Shown: positions 16,576 to 26,147, counted from the stretch's first letter. The stretch: DNA of 32,000 nt from an uncultured Candidatus Nitrosopumilus sp. (GCA_951812655.1 OX638319.1:1185620-1217619), one strand, 5' to 3'. The notes: generated from the letters alone by a model not told the origin. Numbers and translations: made by a program.

Positions 16576-18009
16576 TTGGTAAAGGAGAATTGTGGCGTTG
16601 TTGGAATCTTCAGTCTTACTGGAACCAATGTTGTTCCGATGGTAATAGATGCCCTCAGAGCGCTTCAGCATAGGGGTCAGGAAGCTTGGGGTCTTGCTAT
16701 TCCAAACAAACCTCCTCTAAAGAAACTGGGATTGGTTTCATCTGCATCATCTGAATTTAAAAAAATTAGCGAAGAATATTCATCTTCATCTGTCATTGGT
16801 CACGTTAGGTATTCCACCATGGGTAAGAGTACTTTGGAAAATGCACAGCCCCTCAAGGTAAAGGATCTTTGCATTGCCCATAACGGAACCATTGCAAATG
16901 TACAAGAATTGTCTAACCTTGTAGGTGGTTGCTCTTTCACGCCCCAAAATGCAAGTGACACCCTAGTTGCTGCCCAAAGGCTTGTCTCATTAATTTCTGA
17001 GAATGGAGAAATGGGAAAGGCTCTTTCAATTCTTAAAAATGAAATGATAGGTTCCTACTGTTTCACATTCATTTCTGATGATAATTCCGTATATGCTGCA
17101 CGTGATCCAAAAGGATTCCGTCCTATGGTCTTGGGACACAAAAAATCTGACGACACGTACATTGTAGCATCCGAATCATCTGCAATCTCTGCAGTGGGTG
17201 CAGAATTACAAAGAAACGTAAATCCTGGTGAGCTAATCAAGCTAAGTAAAAAAGGCCTAGAAACAGAAATGTTCTCAGATGATCCCGCACGTGCTCATTG
17301 CTCTTTTGAATTCACTTACTTTGCTCATCCATCAAGTAACATGGAGGGAACCAACATCTATGTTGCAAGGAAAAACATTGGCAGATTCCTGGCAAAGAAA
17401 TTCCCGATCAAGGATGCAGATTTAGTCATACCTGTGCCTGATTCTGCAAGGCCTGCAGCATTGGGATATGCACAAGAGCTTGGCGTATCATTTGATGAGG
17501 GTCTGCTCAAAGACAGGTACAGTAAGAAGGGGCCTTTGAGAAGCTTTATCGAACCTCATCAGTCTGACAGAATAGAAATCAATCGATGGATAATACCAAT
17601 CAAAGAAATTATCAAAGATCAACATGTTGTCGTAATCGATGACAGTTTGGTGAGAGGTACCAGTTCTAAAGCCATCATCAAGGCTCTCCGGAGAGCTGGA
17701 GCCAGAAAAATAAGCATGGTAATTACGTATCCTCCAATCAAATTCCCCTGCTATGCTGGAATTGATTTTCCTTCACAAGAAGAGCTTGCAACGTTTTCAA
17801 ACGGGAAGGAGATGAATCCCGAGGAAACAACTGAGATGGTAAGAAAAAGCATCGGGGCAGATTTCTTAGGATACAATGATGCTGAGAATCTTGCAGCTGC
17901 AGTTGGCATGCATCATGACTCCATGTGCTTTACATGCTCTTCGGGAAACTACGAATCTCTTGGAATCACGCCTGAATTTCGAAGTCGTGAAGAGATGAAA
18001 GGAGAATAG
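16576..18009 (+). CDS. purF: amidophosphoribosyltransferase
   Basis: The N-terminal propeptide MVKEN ends before the catalytic Cys (CGVVGI). The ORF has a glutamine amidotransferase class-II domain and a PRTase motif VVVIDDSLVRGTSS. TTG start. Confidence 0.95.
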   Translation: MVKENCGVVGIFSLTGTNVVPMVIDALRALQHRGQEAWGLAIPNKPPLKKLGLVSSASSEFKKISEEYSSSSVIGHVRYSTMGKSTLENAQPLKVKDLCIAHNGTIANVQELSNLVGGCSFTPQNASDTLVAAQRLVSLISENGEMGKALSILKNEMIGSYCFTFISDDNSVYAARDPKGFRPMVLGHKKSDDTYIVASESSAISAVGAELQRNVNPGELIKLSKKGLETEMFSDDPARAHCSFEFTYFAHPSSNMEGTNIYVARKNIGRFLAKKFPIKDADLVIPVPDSARPAALGYAQELGVSFDEGLLKDRYSKKGPLRSFIEPHQSDRIEINRWIIPIKEIIKDQHVVVIDDSLVRGTSSKAIIKALRRAGARKISMVITYPPIKFPCYAGIDFPSQEELATFSNGKEMNPEETTEMVRKSIGADFLGYNDAENLAAAVGMHHDSMCFTCSSGNYESLGITPEFRSREEMKGE

Positions 18010-18045
18010 AATATTTTTTAAATACGTGGAATTGGATTTAGTGTA

Positions 18046-18324
18046 ATGCAAGCCATATGGAATGATGTTGTAATTGCAGATAGCGACGATACAGTTATCG
18101 TTGAGGGGAACCATTATTTTCCGTTTGAATCCATTAAACAGGAATATTTCAAAAAAACTGAATTGACCACGGTTTGTGGATGGAAGGGGATGGCCAACTA
18201 TTATTCTGTTGACGTTAATGGAAAGATCAACAAGGACTGTGCATGGTATTATGCAGAACCCAATGATGCTGCTGTTAAAATCAAAGGAATGGTTGCTTTT
18301 TGGAATGGAATTGACATAAAATAA
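18046..18324 (+). CDS. DUF427 domain protein
   Basis: The pattern VEGNHYFP...CGWKGMANYYSV...DCAWYYAEP...IKGMVAFW is characteristic of DUF427. Confidence 0.8.
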   Translation: MQAIWNDVVIADSDDTVIVEGNHYFPFESIKQEYFKKTELTTVCGWKGMANYYSVDVNGKINKDCAWYYAEPNDAAVKIKGMVAFWNGIDIK

Positions 18325-18574
18325 TTTTTTTAGTTAAAAAATAAAATTGGAAATTTTTAATGATATGGAATTACTGTGAGTTGGTGTTGCATTGTTTCTC
18401 CATGAATCCTCTGATTTGATAAACTTCTTTGATGATTTTGAACCACACTGTATCAATATTTCAGTTTGTTGTATTGTTATGTTATGTCAACATTGATTCC
18501 TACGTCAATTTCAAATTTTCAATTTATGAAAAAGTCTCTGTAGCCAAAAGTATGAAAGGTGTAAAAAAAATCAC

Positions 18575-19987
18575 TCATATCGGTTTACCTTTGAACTGAT
18601 AATCTGTTATCTTATGGAATGTGTTGTGTGAAGCAATCACCGCAAGTGTAGATAATGCAGCCCATATGAAATTTCTGATTGTTATTATCTCATTTGGTTT
18701 ATCGATTATCAAAGATGTTTGGAAGACTACGTAAAAGTTATCGAACATCCAAAATGCCATAGTAATCCATGAGAGCAGACCTCCTATAAGAAATCCTAAT
18801 CTTGTTTTACTTCTTACAAAAACTATTGCGGTGATAATTGTAATGTACCAAAGTATTCCTGCTATCACCCATGCTGGTTCAAAGAGCTCGATTCTGTCGT
18901 CCAACCAGTAGTATGTGGTTCCAACTACTGCCATTGCAATAAGGGATACAAGTAAAAGTTTCTGATTAATTTTAAATCCCGTTTTTTCTTCTCTTAATGG
19001 GGTAGTTGGAGGGTTGTTTCTAATCTCATTTGTTGCAATATCTATGGCTTCCGTTACAGATTTGAGATTCATTGGAATCACTTTGACTATCGAATCATCG
19101 GTTACTACTGTATCATGTACCAAACTGTCAATCAAAGGCCTTGCCAACGATGCTTTAACAGGAGTGATCAGGTCAACCCAGTATGATGATAGACGTGTAG
19201 TTAGAAATGGAATTTCAATTACGAATAGTTTTTTGTTCAGATACTGAGAATAAACTCTCATGAGCTGCTCGTATGTTATTTTGTCTTTTCCTCCTATCTC
19301 GTATATTTTCCCTGTCGTTTCCTGATGCGTCATGCATCCTGATGGATATTCTATCACGTTATCCACTGCTATGGGTTGTGCAAGTGATTTCACCCATGAA
19401 GGACAAACCATGACGGGAAGTCTTTCTACAAGGTATCGCAGCATCGCATATGATCCTCCCTGTGCTCCAATAATCAAAGACGCTCGTAGTTCTGTTATTG
19501 GAATTTTCCCTGATGCCCGAATCTCTCCTACCTCTTTCCTGCTTCTCATGTGAGGTGATAACTTTAGACTGTCATTGACCAGTCCCCCGAGATAAATTAT
19601 TCTCTTTACTCCTGCCTTTGATGCAGCTGCAACAAAGTTTTGTGCCTGAATTTTTTCACGTGATGCGAACTCCTTCCAGTGATTCTTGCTACCTTCCATC
19701 GAATGAAGCAGATAATATGCAATTTCAACTCCTGACAATGCATTTTCCAATTGAGAGACATCAAATACGTCTGCTTTGACATATTTCACATTGTGCGTAT
19801 TTTGAATATTCTTCCTAGACATTCCCTTTACAGAATAGCCTCTTTTGGTGAGATGTGAAATTAAACGTGATCCGATAAACCCTGTGGCGCCAGTTACCAT
19901 TATACTGAAAGGTTTGTATTTTGGCGCTGAACATTCTAGAGTCTGTGTAGATTTGGCTTGATATTGTTTCTCTAACATCCGAATCAC
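18575..19987 (-). CDS. NAD(P)-binding SDR/NmrA-like protein fused to a C-terminal four-TM domain
   Basis: Rossmann motif IMVTGATGFIGSRL near the N-terminus and four hydrophobic helices in the last ~130 aa. GTG 19987 lies 2 nt after the DUF1059 stop. Confidence 0.8.
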   Translation of the reverse strand: MIRMLEKQYQAKSTQTLECSAPKYKPFSIMVTGATGFIGSRLISHLTKRGYSVKGMSRKNIQNTHNVKYVKADVFDVSQLENALSGVEIAYYLLHSMEGSKNHWKEFASREKIQAQNFVAAASKAGVKRIIYLGGLVNDSLKLSPHMRSRKEVGEIRASGKIPITELRASLIIGAQGGSYAMLRYLVERLPVMVCPSWVKSLAQPIAVDNVIEYPSGCMTHQETTGKIYEIGGKDKITYEQLMRVYSQYLNKKLFVIEIPFLTTRLSSYWVDLITPVKASLARPLIDSLVHDTVVTDDSIVKVIPMNLKSVTEAIDIATNEIRNNPPTTPLREEKTGFKINQKLLLVSLIAMAVVGTTYYWLDDRIELFEPAWVIAGILWYITIITAIVFVRSKTRLGFLIGGLLSWITMAFWMFDNFYVVFQTSLIIDKPNEIITIRNFIWAALSTLAVIASHNTFHKITDYQFKGKPI

Positions 19988-19989
19988 TG

Positions 19990-20160
19990 TTATTTTACAT
20001 TGATTTTGTTTGATATCAATACCATCAGAGACTCTTTTTGGTATTCTATTCCGTGCATCTGTTCCATGTGCTTGCCGAATTTTTCAAGTAAGTTGGATGA
20101 TTCAACATCGATTTCATATTTGCACTCAAAACCATAGTCTAAACATTTTATTTGTGTCAT
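19990..20160 (-). CDS. DUF1059-like small protein (56 aa)
   Basis: Hand translation gives MTQIKCLDYGFECKYEIDVESSNLLEKFGKHMEQMHGIEYQKESLMVLISNKINVK. The C..(Y/G)F.C...... + H....HG pattern matches DUF1059. Missed by the ORF track (<60 aa). Confidence 0.6.
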   Translation of the reverse strand: MTQIKCLDYGFECKYEIDVESSNLLEKFGKHMEQMHGIEYQKESLMVLISNKINVK

Positions 20161-20180
20161 GTCTGAAATTCTGATTTGTG

Positions 20181-20217
20181 ATATTTAACTAGTGATCAAA
20201 CTAATAACTAGTGCTAA
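20181..20217 (-). promoter_or_regulatory. motif-B promoter of the DUF1059-SDR operon
   Basis: Gene direction reads TTTAGCACTAG - 19 nt (ending GATCACTAG) - TTAAATAT - 20 nt - ATG 20160. The 9-mer TTAGCACTA (20209-20217) spans -57..-49. Confidence 0.6.
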
Positions 20218-20384
20218 ATTTAGATTTTTTCTGTCTAACGCGCTATCACGAAACTGTGTATCTTTGAAAATCTTTTTCAGAAAACATAGTCATAAAAAGC
20301 AAGAATTGATTTATTCTAAACACACATATTTTGTAAAACTCAATTTTGACATACGATATCAATAGTACATATATTGAATAATGT

Positions 20385-20834
20385 GTGACAGATGTAGAAT
20401 TGTTCAAAAATATCACTGTCGCTTTAATTACTCCCACGCACACAAAAAAGTCATTTGATCTGGGTCTGGCAATGGCAAAAAAATTTGGTGCTGAATTGTC
20501 TGTTATTGAATGTGTTTATAAGACTCCTCCAAAATTCTACTTCTTTGAAACAGATTCTGACAAGAAGATTTTACGAGACAAAATTTCAAAACTCAAGGAT
20601 GAGCTGAAAAAATGGAAGGAATTGGGTGAGAAAGAAGGTGTAAAAACTCACACGAAATTCACATTGACTGACTCAATTGCTCATTGGGTAATTGACTATG
20701 CTAAGGAACACAAAGTAGAACTTTTGGTTGTGGACTATCCAAAGCTTTCGATGATAGAGGCAAACCACTTTGATGACATTATTAACACCATTCATCATAA
20801 GGCTCATTGTCATGTGTTGACGACAAAAAACTAG
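20385..20834 (+). CDS. Usp-like protein lacking the ATP-binding glycine motif
   Basis: Usp-like layout (ITVALITPTH...AELSVIECVY...VELLVVDYP...HCHVLTTK), but no G-x2-G-x9-G-S/T motif. GTG start. Confidence 0.55.
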   Translation: MTDVELFKNITVALITPTHTKKSFDLGLAMAKKFGAELSVIECVYKTPPKFYFFETDSDKKILRDKISKLKDELKKWKELGEKEGVKTHTKFTLTDSIAHWVIDYAKEHKVELLVVDYPKLSMIEANHFDDIINTIHHKAHCHVLTTKN

Positions 20835-21037
20835 TTTTATCAAATTTTTAAACATGTTTTGTAGAATTTTCATTCATTCATTATTCACTATGATTCATTA
20901 TTCAATGATTCAAAAAATTATGATTTTGAACAACTCAATGTGCTATAGTTTGACTAAATGATCTGATATGTGTCGTTTCGTGTTTATCTGACATGCAAAT
21001 TTCATTTGTAAATTATCTCCGTCTGCAAAGTTTTTAA

Positions 21038-22144
21038 TCAACGCCTGATTTCTAGAATCTTCTTTGCTGTCTTTTCTGATATGAATACAGCTAGCATTCC
21101 CATTATTGTTGCAGGTATGAGCGTGATTATGAATACGTCATTGATCATTTCAAAATAAACAAAATAAATCAGGCTAGGTGAAACCAGTTTACCGAGTAAT
21201 ACCTCATTGAAAGTATACATCACATATGGATAGTATGCCATGTAAAATATCGAGCCTAGGAGCCCTCCTGCAAACATTGATGCTTTTTTACCTTTGAAAA
21301 AAAACATTGTAAGATCTGCTATGATAAATGGGATCAAATTTAGTGAATAAAATGACATTGAATCCATTAACGCAAAATTTGGAATGATGGCGGTTGAACT
21401 GTAGATCAACAAAAATAATCCCCCTAGAAGACTAATCATTCCAAACCTGAAACCCGACAATCTGAATATGAGAAAACATGATGTTGAAATCAATAATGGA
21501 AATCCAAGTGTGGCAGAAATTAACGCAAATGTAGGTTCTGGATTGAATTGAAAATAATTTGTATTTGAAAAAGGCAAAGAGAGTGATGAAATAATTCCTG
21601 ACCCGGACAACCAAACTGGCATAACTGCCAAAAGCAGGAGAAGACTTTGATGGTACTTTGACTTGATGATTTTCAAGAATTTTGAAATGCCTATCATTCC
21701 ACCTATGGCACAAAAGAACATTCCTGCAATCAATGTCAAATGTGGTGGGCTTAAGAGTCCGTCCAATCCAAAATTTGAATGCCAAATATAATCAAAAGGA
21801 CCTGCACTGGAAAGCAATCCTATTCCGATTAGACTGCTTTTCAAAGAAACAAAATACGTGCTTTTGAATTCTTGCATTTTTCTCCAGCTAAGAAACGACG
21901 TCACTGTACCTGCCAATGAAATTGTAACCCCCAGATACATTACTGCGTGAGGAGGTGAAAAAAACGTGTCAGGTTTGCTTAGCAAGTGGTTTGTAATATC
22001 CCAGCTTCCTCCTACAGTTACTAATAAAATTCCAAAGCTAACCAAAACACACCCGATGAGAAAAACGTGTTCAGAATAATTGCTCCACAGGAGGCTCACG
22101 GATTTTGATTTCATTCTCTTTCTATCCTCTACACATCCACACAA
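21038..22144 (-). CDS. polytopic membrane protein of unknown function
   Basis: About 10 hydrophobic segments. Has duplicated motifs W-x4-H...SPPH (aa 48-66) and W-H...SPPH (aa 121-135). Start is TTG 22144 or ATG 22114. It begins 4 nt after the upstream ORF. Confidence 0.6.
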   Translation of the reverse strand: MCGCVEDRKRMKSKSVSLLWSNYSEHVFLIGCVLVSFGILLVTVGGSWDITNHLLSKPDTFFSPPHAVMYLGVTISLAGTVTSFLSWRKMQEFKSTYFVSLKSSLIGIGLLSSAGPFDYIWHSNFGLDGLLSPPHLTLIAGMFFCAIGGMIGISKFLKIIKSKYHQSLLLLLAVMPVWLSGSGIISSLSLPFSNTNYFQFNPEPTFALISATLGFPLLISTSCFLIFRLSGFRFGMISLLGGLFLLIYSSTAIIPNFALMDSMSFYSLNLIPFIIADLTMFFFKGKKASMFAGGLLGSIFYMAYYPYVMYTFNEVLLGKLVSPSLIYFVYFEMINDVFIITLIPATIMGMLAVFISEKTAKKILEIRR

Positions 22145-22148
22145 AACA

Positions 22149-22730
22149 TTAGGGATTTACATTAACCGAATAAACCTGAACAAACTCTCCTTGGTGATCC
22201 AAAATACCTGATTGTGGATAATGTGAAAGATCACTTGTATGGGGTATGTTGACTGATTTTATCAACACTGAAAAATTACCCACTGTCTCAGGCGTGACGA
22301 TCTGTGACATCTTGTATGTGGATCCTGGATGAATTGGCCTGCTCGTTGCCTCGATAGATGGGTATTTTGCTTTTATGTGTTCAAGACCTCCGCTGTATCT
22401 TGCTATCATTTCATCTCCTGGAATCACTTTCACTGGAGTCTGGGTAAAGTCATACGTTGTTATCCGTACTGTCTCGTCTATTTCAACAACGTTTGGAAAT
22501 GCTGTAGAAAGGATGTGGATATCTCCATAGTCCCCACCGTTTTTGGTGATGATGTCAACATTGAATGATTCTCCAAGAGAAATTTCTTTTTCAGATATTG
22601 TGACTTCAAACATAGGTTCAGAAATCAGTTTTTCATTTGACATGTATTGCTCGGGGAGTATATACAGGGTCAATGAAAAGTATATTGATAAAAACAACGC
22701 TGCACTTACCACAAAAATCAATTTCTTCAC
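22149..22730 (-). CDS. N-terminally anchored or secreted hypothetical protein (193 aa)
   Basis: GTG start with the TATA TTTTTTAATA 19 nt upstream. Has an N-terminal hydrophobic helix. No family recognised. Confidence 0.55.
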   Translation of the reverse strand: MKKLIFVVSAALFLSIYFSLTLYILPEQYMSNEKLISEPMFEVTISEKEISLGESFNVDIITKNGGDYGDIHILSTAFPNVVEIDETVRITTYDFTQTPVKVIPGDEMIARYSGGLEHIKAKYPSIEATSRPIHPGSTYKMSQIVTPETVGNFSVLIKSVNIPHTSDLSHYPQSGILDHQGEFVQVYSVNVNP

Positions 22731-22828
22731 GATGTAGTTTTTTGGTCACTATTAAAAAATGATAAATTTCTCGTTGTTTTCCTAAAATTTTATTTTACCG
22801 ATATGGTTTGGAAACAATTCTTATCAAT

Positions 22829-23083
22829 CTATGGATCATAGTGAATCTGCATCAATTGCTGTTTTTGTTCGTTTGTACCAAACACCCTAATTGATTTTTC
22901 GATACAATTGTCTAGTTCTAATCCCTCATGAAATAGTGACCCGCAATCATCTAATGCGTATTTAAGATTACGTTGATCACGTTCTCCAACGTAGTCGTCA
23001 AAAGTGGAGTTGGCAACGCTTACAATTGTGATGATGGATGTAATTACAATGCCTACTGTGACTATGACTGAAATATTTGGCAT
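22829..23083 (-). CDS. small N-terminally anchored protein (84 aa)
   Basis: TM helix (VIVTVGIVITSIITIVSVA) plus a small two-Cys domain. It starts 1 nt after the stop of the 442-aa gene. Confidence 0.5.
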   Translation of the reverse strand: MPNISVIVTVGIVITSIITIVSVANSTFDDYVGERDQRNLKYALDDCGSLFHEGLELDNCIEKSIRVFGTNEQKQQLMQIHYDP

Positions 23084-23084
23084 G

Positions 23085-24413
23085 CTATTCTTGAAGATTC
23101 AACGGAATTGATGTATTTCCAAAGTCTTCATTAATTCTAAAAAAATACTCTTTTGATGAATCATATTCAAATTTTGTTCCTCCATATCCTATGTTTGGAC
23201 CAAATAACATGTTGAACTCTCTGGAATCGTTTGGATTCATTGTAATTTGGCCACTTGTAAAGTCCATTCCAGAATATTTGAATTCTTTTTCTCCGTTTGA
23301 TACATCATATGCGCATATCTGTGGACTAGTGCAGTTTATCGTGACAATCTCTGAGCTTGTATTTTCTGCAAGTATGCGAATTGACAGTATTGTTTGTCCT
23401 GTTGATGTCGTTGAGAATTCGTTACCTTCTGAGTTGAACCCTTTCCAATAGTAAGTGATTGGCCCTACTGAGAATTTTTCTCCTTCTGTTTTGTATTCAT
23501 AAAGGGTGATGGATTTTTTTATCGGTTTTTGACAATCTATTTTTTTGTATGCAGTTGAAATCTCTGAGCATTTCTCTAGATCCTGGTATAATTTTGTTAA
23601 TTCTGGTTTTATGTTTTTGACATTAACGGATGATGTGGGATTTGATTCATTGTCTAAAGATGGTGAAATTATTCCTTCCTTTATCAGGTGCTGTATGCCT
23701 GAGACGAATTCTCCGTCAGATATCGCTCCGTCTGCCCACCATCCTGCATTGCTCTTGATCCAGTCCGGAATCGGCTCTCCAGAGCTCTGAGATGAAACGG
23801 TGGTTGGAGGAATTGTGACAATTCCTTCCTTTATCAGGTGCTGTATGCCTGAGACGAATTCTCCGTCAGATATCGCTCCGTCTGCCCACCATCCTGCATT
23901 GCTCTTGATCCAGTCCGAAATGTGGTTTTGTGATGGTATATTTTTTCGAAAACTTGGATCTATTGATTCTAAAATCTCATTCATGTCATGTCCTGGAATT
24001 TTCACAACAGCTGCAGAAATTATTTCTATATTGTCACCATTGGGGGTTGTTTTATCGATATATTTTGCATAAAGCATGTCTCCTTCGTTAGATGCCAGTC
24101 TGTTTTTTGAGGTTTCGCCTGAATTGGCAACGTATACTGATCCCTTGAAGATTCCACTAAACACCCCATTCTCTATTACCTCAATTTCTAATCCATTAGG
24201 AGATGTATCTGACCACACTTCAATCATAAATTTGTCTGCAAAATTGGGATATTCCTTTTTGTTCATGTCATCATCAATCACATATATCTGTGCAAAGGAA
24301 TTGCTAGAAACTATTTCCTGCTTCCAATATACAATTCCGAGATCATTTGATTCTGCAAATGCCAGGGGAGTGAACATGAAAAAAAGTGGGATGACTAGGT
24401 TAATCTTTCTCAA
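23085..24413 (-). CDS. secreted protein with two copies of a W-rich ~33-aa repeat
   Basis: TTG start and signal peptide MRKINLVIPLFFMFTPLAFA. Carries the repeat DWIKSNAGWWADGAISDGEFVSGIQHLIKEGI twice. The C-terminal domain is paralogous to the 24540-25451 product. Confidence 0.8.
   Translation of the reverse strand: MRKINLVIPLFFMFTPLAFAESNDLGIVYWKQEIVSSNSFAQIYVIDDDMNKKEYPNFADKFMIEVWSDTSPNGLEIEVIENGVFSGIFKGSVYVANSGETSKNRLASNEGDMLYAKYIDKTTPNGDNIEIISAAVVKIPGHDMNEILESIDPSFRKNIPSQNHISDWIKSNAGWWADGAISDGEFVSGIQHLIKEGIVTIPPTTVSSQSSGEPIPDWIKSNAGWWADGAISDGEFVSGIQHLIKEGIISPSLDNESNPTSSVNVKNIKPELTKLYQDLEKCSEISTAYKKIDCQKPIKKSITLYEYKTEGEKFSVGPITYYWKGFNSEGNEFSTTSTGQTILSIRILAENTSSEIVTINCTSPQICAYDVSNGEKEFKYSGMDFTSGQITMNPNDSREFNMLFGPNIGYGGTKFEYDSSKEYFFRINEDFGNTSIPLNLQE
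23681..23917. repeat. 237-bp tract identical to 25133-25369
   Basis: A base-by-base comparison found no mismatch. It contains an internal 97-bp duplication with a 150-bp period (23671-23767 vs 23821-23917). Confidence 0.9.
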
Positions 24414-24434
24414 TGACTCTCATATTCGATTAAG

Positions 24435-24470
24435 ATATTTAAGAAAAAAATTATTTTGCACTAGTGCTAA
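24435..24470 (-). promoter_or_regulatory. motif-B promoter of the 442-aa gene
   Basis: Gene direction reads TTTAGCACTAG - 18 nt - TTAAATAT - 21 nt - TTG 24413. The 9-mer at 24462-24470 spans -57..-49 and sits within the 10-bp palindrome GCACTAGTGC (24459-24468). Confidence 0.55.
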
Positions 24471-24539
24471 AAATTATAATTCCTTGGGAGAAAACGTGAG
24501 GATCTGTTTCGCATTACATGATGAAAATAAAAAAAGTAA

Positions 24540-25451
24540 TCATCCCAAGTTTAATGGGATTGATTGACTTCCAAATGATTCCATTATTCGGAAATGGTAT
24601 TCTTTTGATGGATCATATTCAAATTTTGTTCCTCCTCCGCCAATGTTTGGCCCGAAGAACATGTTGAATATTTTTGGTTCACCAGGTTTTAGGATTATTT
24701 GACCGTTTGTAAAGTCCATTCCTGAATACTTGTATTCCATATCTCCGCCTATTACGTCATAGTTACAGATTACTGGTCCTGTACAAAACAATGATTCGTT
24801 TTTATCCGAACCCGTATTCTCTACCAGTATTCTTAGATTCAGCAGTGCTTGACCTGCGGATGTTATCTCAAAACTGTTTCCATCTGTACCTAGTCCTGGC
24901 CAATAGAATGTGACTGGACCAGCTTGAAATTGCTCTGAATCCATTTTCATGTTGTATGCAGTAATGTTATGCTCTGCATCTCTTTCACAGTTGAGTCGTT
25001 CGTAGGCCTTAGTTATTTCCTCACATCTGTTTAATTCTGCTTGTAATTCAGACAATTCTGAATTGTCAGATGTTTCAATTTTTGATTCGACAGGCGAGTT
25101 TTCTGATATTGGGATACTCACAATTCCAGTTTTTATCAGGTGCTGTATGCCTGAGACGAATTCTCCGTCAGATATCGCTCCGTCTGCCCACCATCCTGCA
25201 TTGCTCTTGATCCAGTCCGGAATCGGCTCTCCAGAGCTCTGAGATGAAACGGTGGTTGGAGGAATTGTGACAATTCCTTCCTTTATCAGGTGCTGTATGC
25301 CTGAGACGAATTCTCCGTCAGATATCGCTCCGTCTGCCCACCATCCTGCATTGCTCTTGATCCAGTCCGGAATTTCTTCTTGTGCTGAAGCAAACGAGGT
25401 GACAGATCCAACTAATAGTATTGCGGAAATTGCAATTATTGTTGCTTTCAT
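24540..25451 (-). CDS. secreted paralogue with the same two W-rich repeats
   Basis: Signal peptide MKATIIAISAILLVGSVTSFASA, two DWIKSNAGWWADGAISDGEFVSGIQHLIK repeats, and a C-terminal domain alignable to the 442-aa protein (…YKYSGMDFTNGQI…FGPNIGGGGTKFEYD…). Confidence 0.8.
   Translation of the reverse strand: MKATIIAISAILLVGSVTSFASAQEEIPDWIKSNAGWWADGAISDGEFVSGIQHLIKEGIVTIPPTTVSSQSSGEPIPDWIKSNAGWWADGAISDGEFVSGIQHLIKTGIVSIPISENSPVESKIETSDNSELSELQAELNRCEEITKAYERLNCERDAEHNITAYNMKMDSEQFQAGPVTFYWPGLGTDGNSFEITSAGQALLNLRILVENTGSDKNESLFCTGPVICNYDVIGGDMEYKYSGMDFTNGQIILKPGEPKIFNMFFGPNIGGGGTKFEYDPSKEYHFRIMESFGSQSIPLNLG
25133..25369. repeat. 237-bp tract identical to 23681-23917
   Basis: Second copy, direct orientation, offset 1452 bp. 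Confidence 0.9.
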
Positions 25452-25473
25452 AGGATGCTTTTTTCACTCATTG

Positions 25474-25509
25474 CATATAAGCTAGTTCTAATTTTTTATC
25501 TAGTGGTAA
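25474..25509 (-). promoter_or_regulatory. motif-B promoter of the 303-aa gene
   Basis: Gene direction reads TTTACCACTAG - 18 nt (ending TTAGAACTAG) - CTTATATG - 22 nt - ATG 25451. The 9-mer at 25501-25509 spans -58..-50. A further copy, TTGGCACTA, is at 25536-25544. Confidence 0.5.
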
Positions 25510-25522
25510 AAAATACAATTTA

Positions 25523-26140
25523 ATGCAAAATCTACTAGTGCCAACATCAATTTTTTCTTATGGAGTTTATAACCGATGGTTAATTTCTCAAATAGTGAAA
25601 AAGAATTTCATTCATAGCGGACCTGAAAAAGTGACTGTAAATGAAAAAGAGATAGTCCACTTTGTCATTAACAGATTTTCAGAAATAAAAAAATCAAAAA
25701 AAATAGCTGAACTTGTAGAATTTCAGGCAATGAACAAGTACATGCTGATGGTTCACAATCAACAACAATTGAAAATCCTTGGAAATCTAGTTGCAAGCCA
25801 CAAAACAATTCCAATTGAAGATATTTTAGAACAATACCATGCACATCTGAAAAATGCCCTTTCCAAACCCCCTACAATCAAGACTCATCTGAATGCCATG
25901 ATGCATATTTTTGGATATTTTTCCAAGCATTTCACTTCTGCAGAAAAAGATCTGTATTTTCAATTGCTATCTCAGTTCAAAAATGAAAAAATAACTGTTG
26001 GGAAAACGCTGTCTGAGATTGGTCCGCTGATTTACAGATTTAATGACACATATCTTGCTAGACAGACCTATTTCTTGTTATATGCTGACACCCGACCTGG
26101 AGTTCTTTTTGCTGTTTTTGACAATAAAATTTTGCGCTAA
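25523..26140 (+). CDS. DUF1722 (YbgA-like) protein
   Basis: VEFQAMNKYMLMVHNQQQLKILGNLVAS...THLNAMMHIFGYFSKHFTSAEKDLYFQLLSQFKNEKI...YLARQTYF follows the DUF1722 pattern. The exact start is uncertain. Confidence 0.65.
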   Translation: MQNLLVPTSIFSYGVYNRWLISQIVKKNFIHSGPEKVTVNEKEIVHFVINRFSEIKKSKKIAELVEFQAMNKYMLMVHNQQQLKILGNLVASHKTIPIEDILEQYHAHLKNALSKPPTIKTHLNAMMHIFGYFSKHFTSAEKDLYFQLLSQFKNEKITVGKTLSEIGPLIYRFNDTYLARQTYFLLYADTRPGVLFAVFDNKILR

Positions 26141-26147
26141 TCATCAT

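Noticed and set aside
6280-20272. Extra GATTTTCA hits at 6280, 14479, 16564 and 20265, plus six hits inside coding sequence
   Set aside because: They lack the co-oriented 51-57 nt geometry. They are kept only as a caveat on background frequency; the site at 14479 faces only a 23-codon ORF.
20381-20458. 25-codon Cys/His-rich ORF (MCDRCRIVQKYHCRFNYSHAHKKVI) overlapping the Usp-like gene start
   Set aside because: It is out of frame with and nested in the 5' end of the 149-aa ORF, and there is no independent support.
20884-20892. TTCACTATG near-match to motif B downstream of the Usp-like gene
   Set aside because: It mismatches the core, has no convincing TATA at the expected spacing, and the only downstream ORF is 7 codons.
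23671-25369. Repeated 97/237-bp segments as possible IS or MITE ends
   Set aside because: The copies are direct, in frame and encode a protein repeat in both genes. There are no inverted termini, target duplications or transposase.
23191-25485. Several plus-strand ORFs of 77-163 aa, some repeating MVGGIVTIPSFIRCCMPETNSPSDIAPSAHHPALLLIQS
   Set aside because: They are shadow frames of the two minus-strand secreted-protein genes. Their repetition simply mirrors the 237-bp identical tract.
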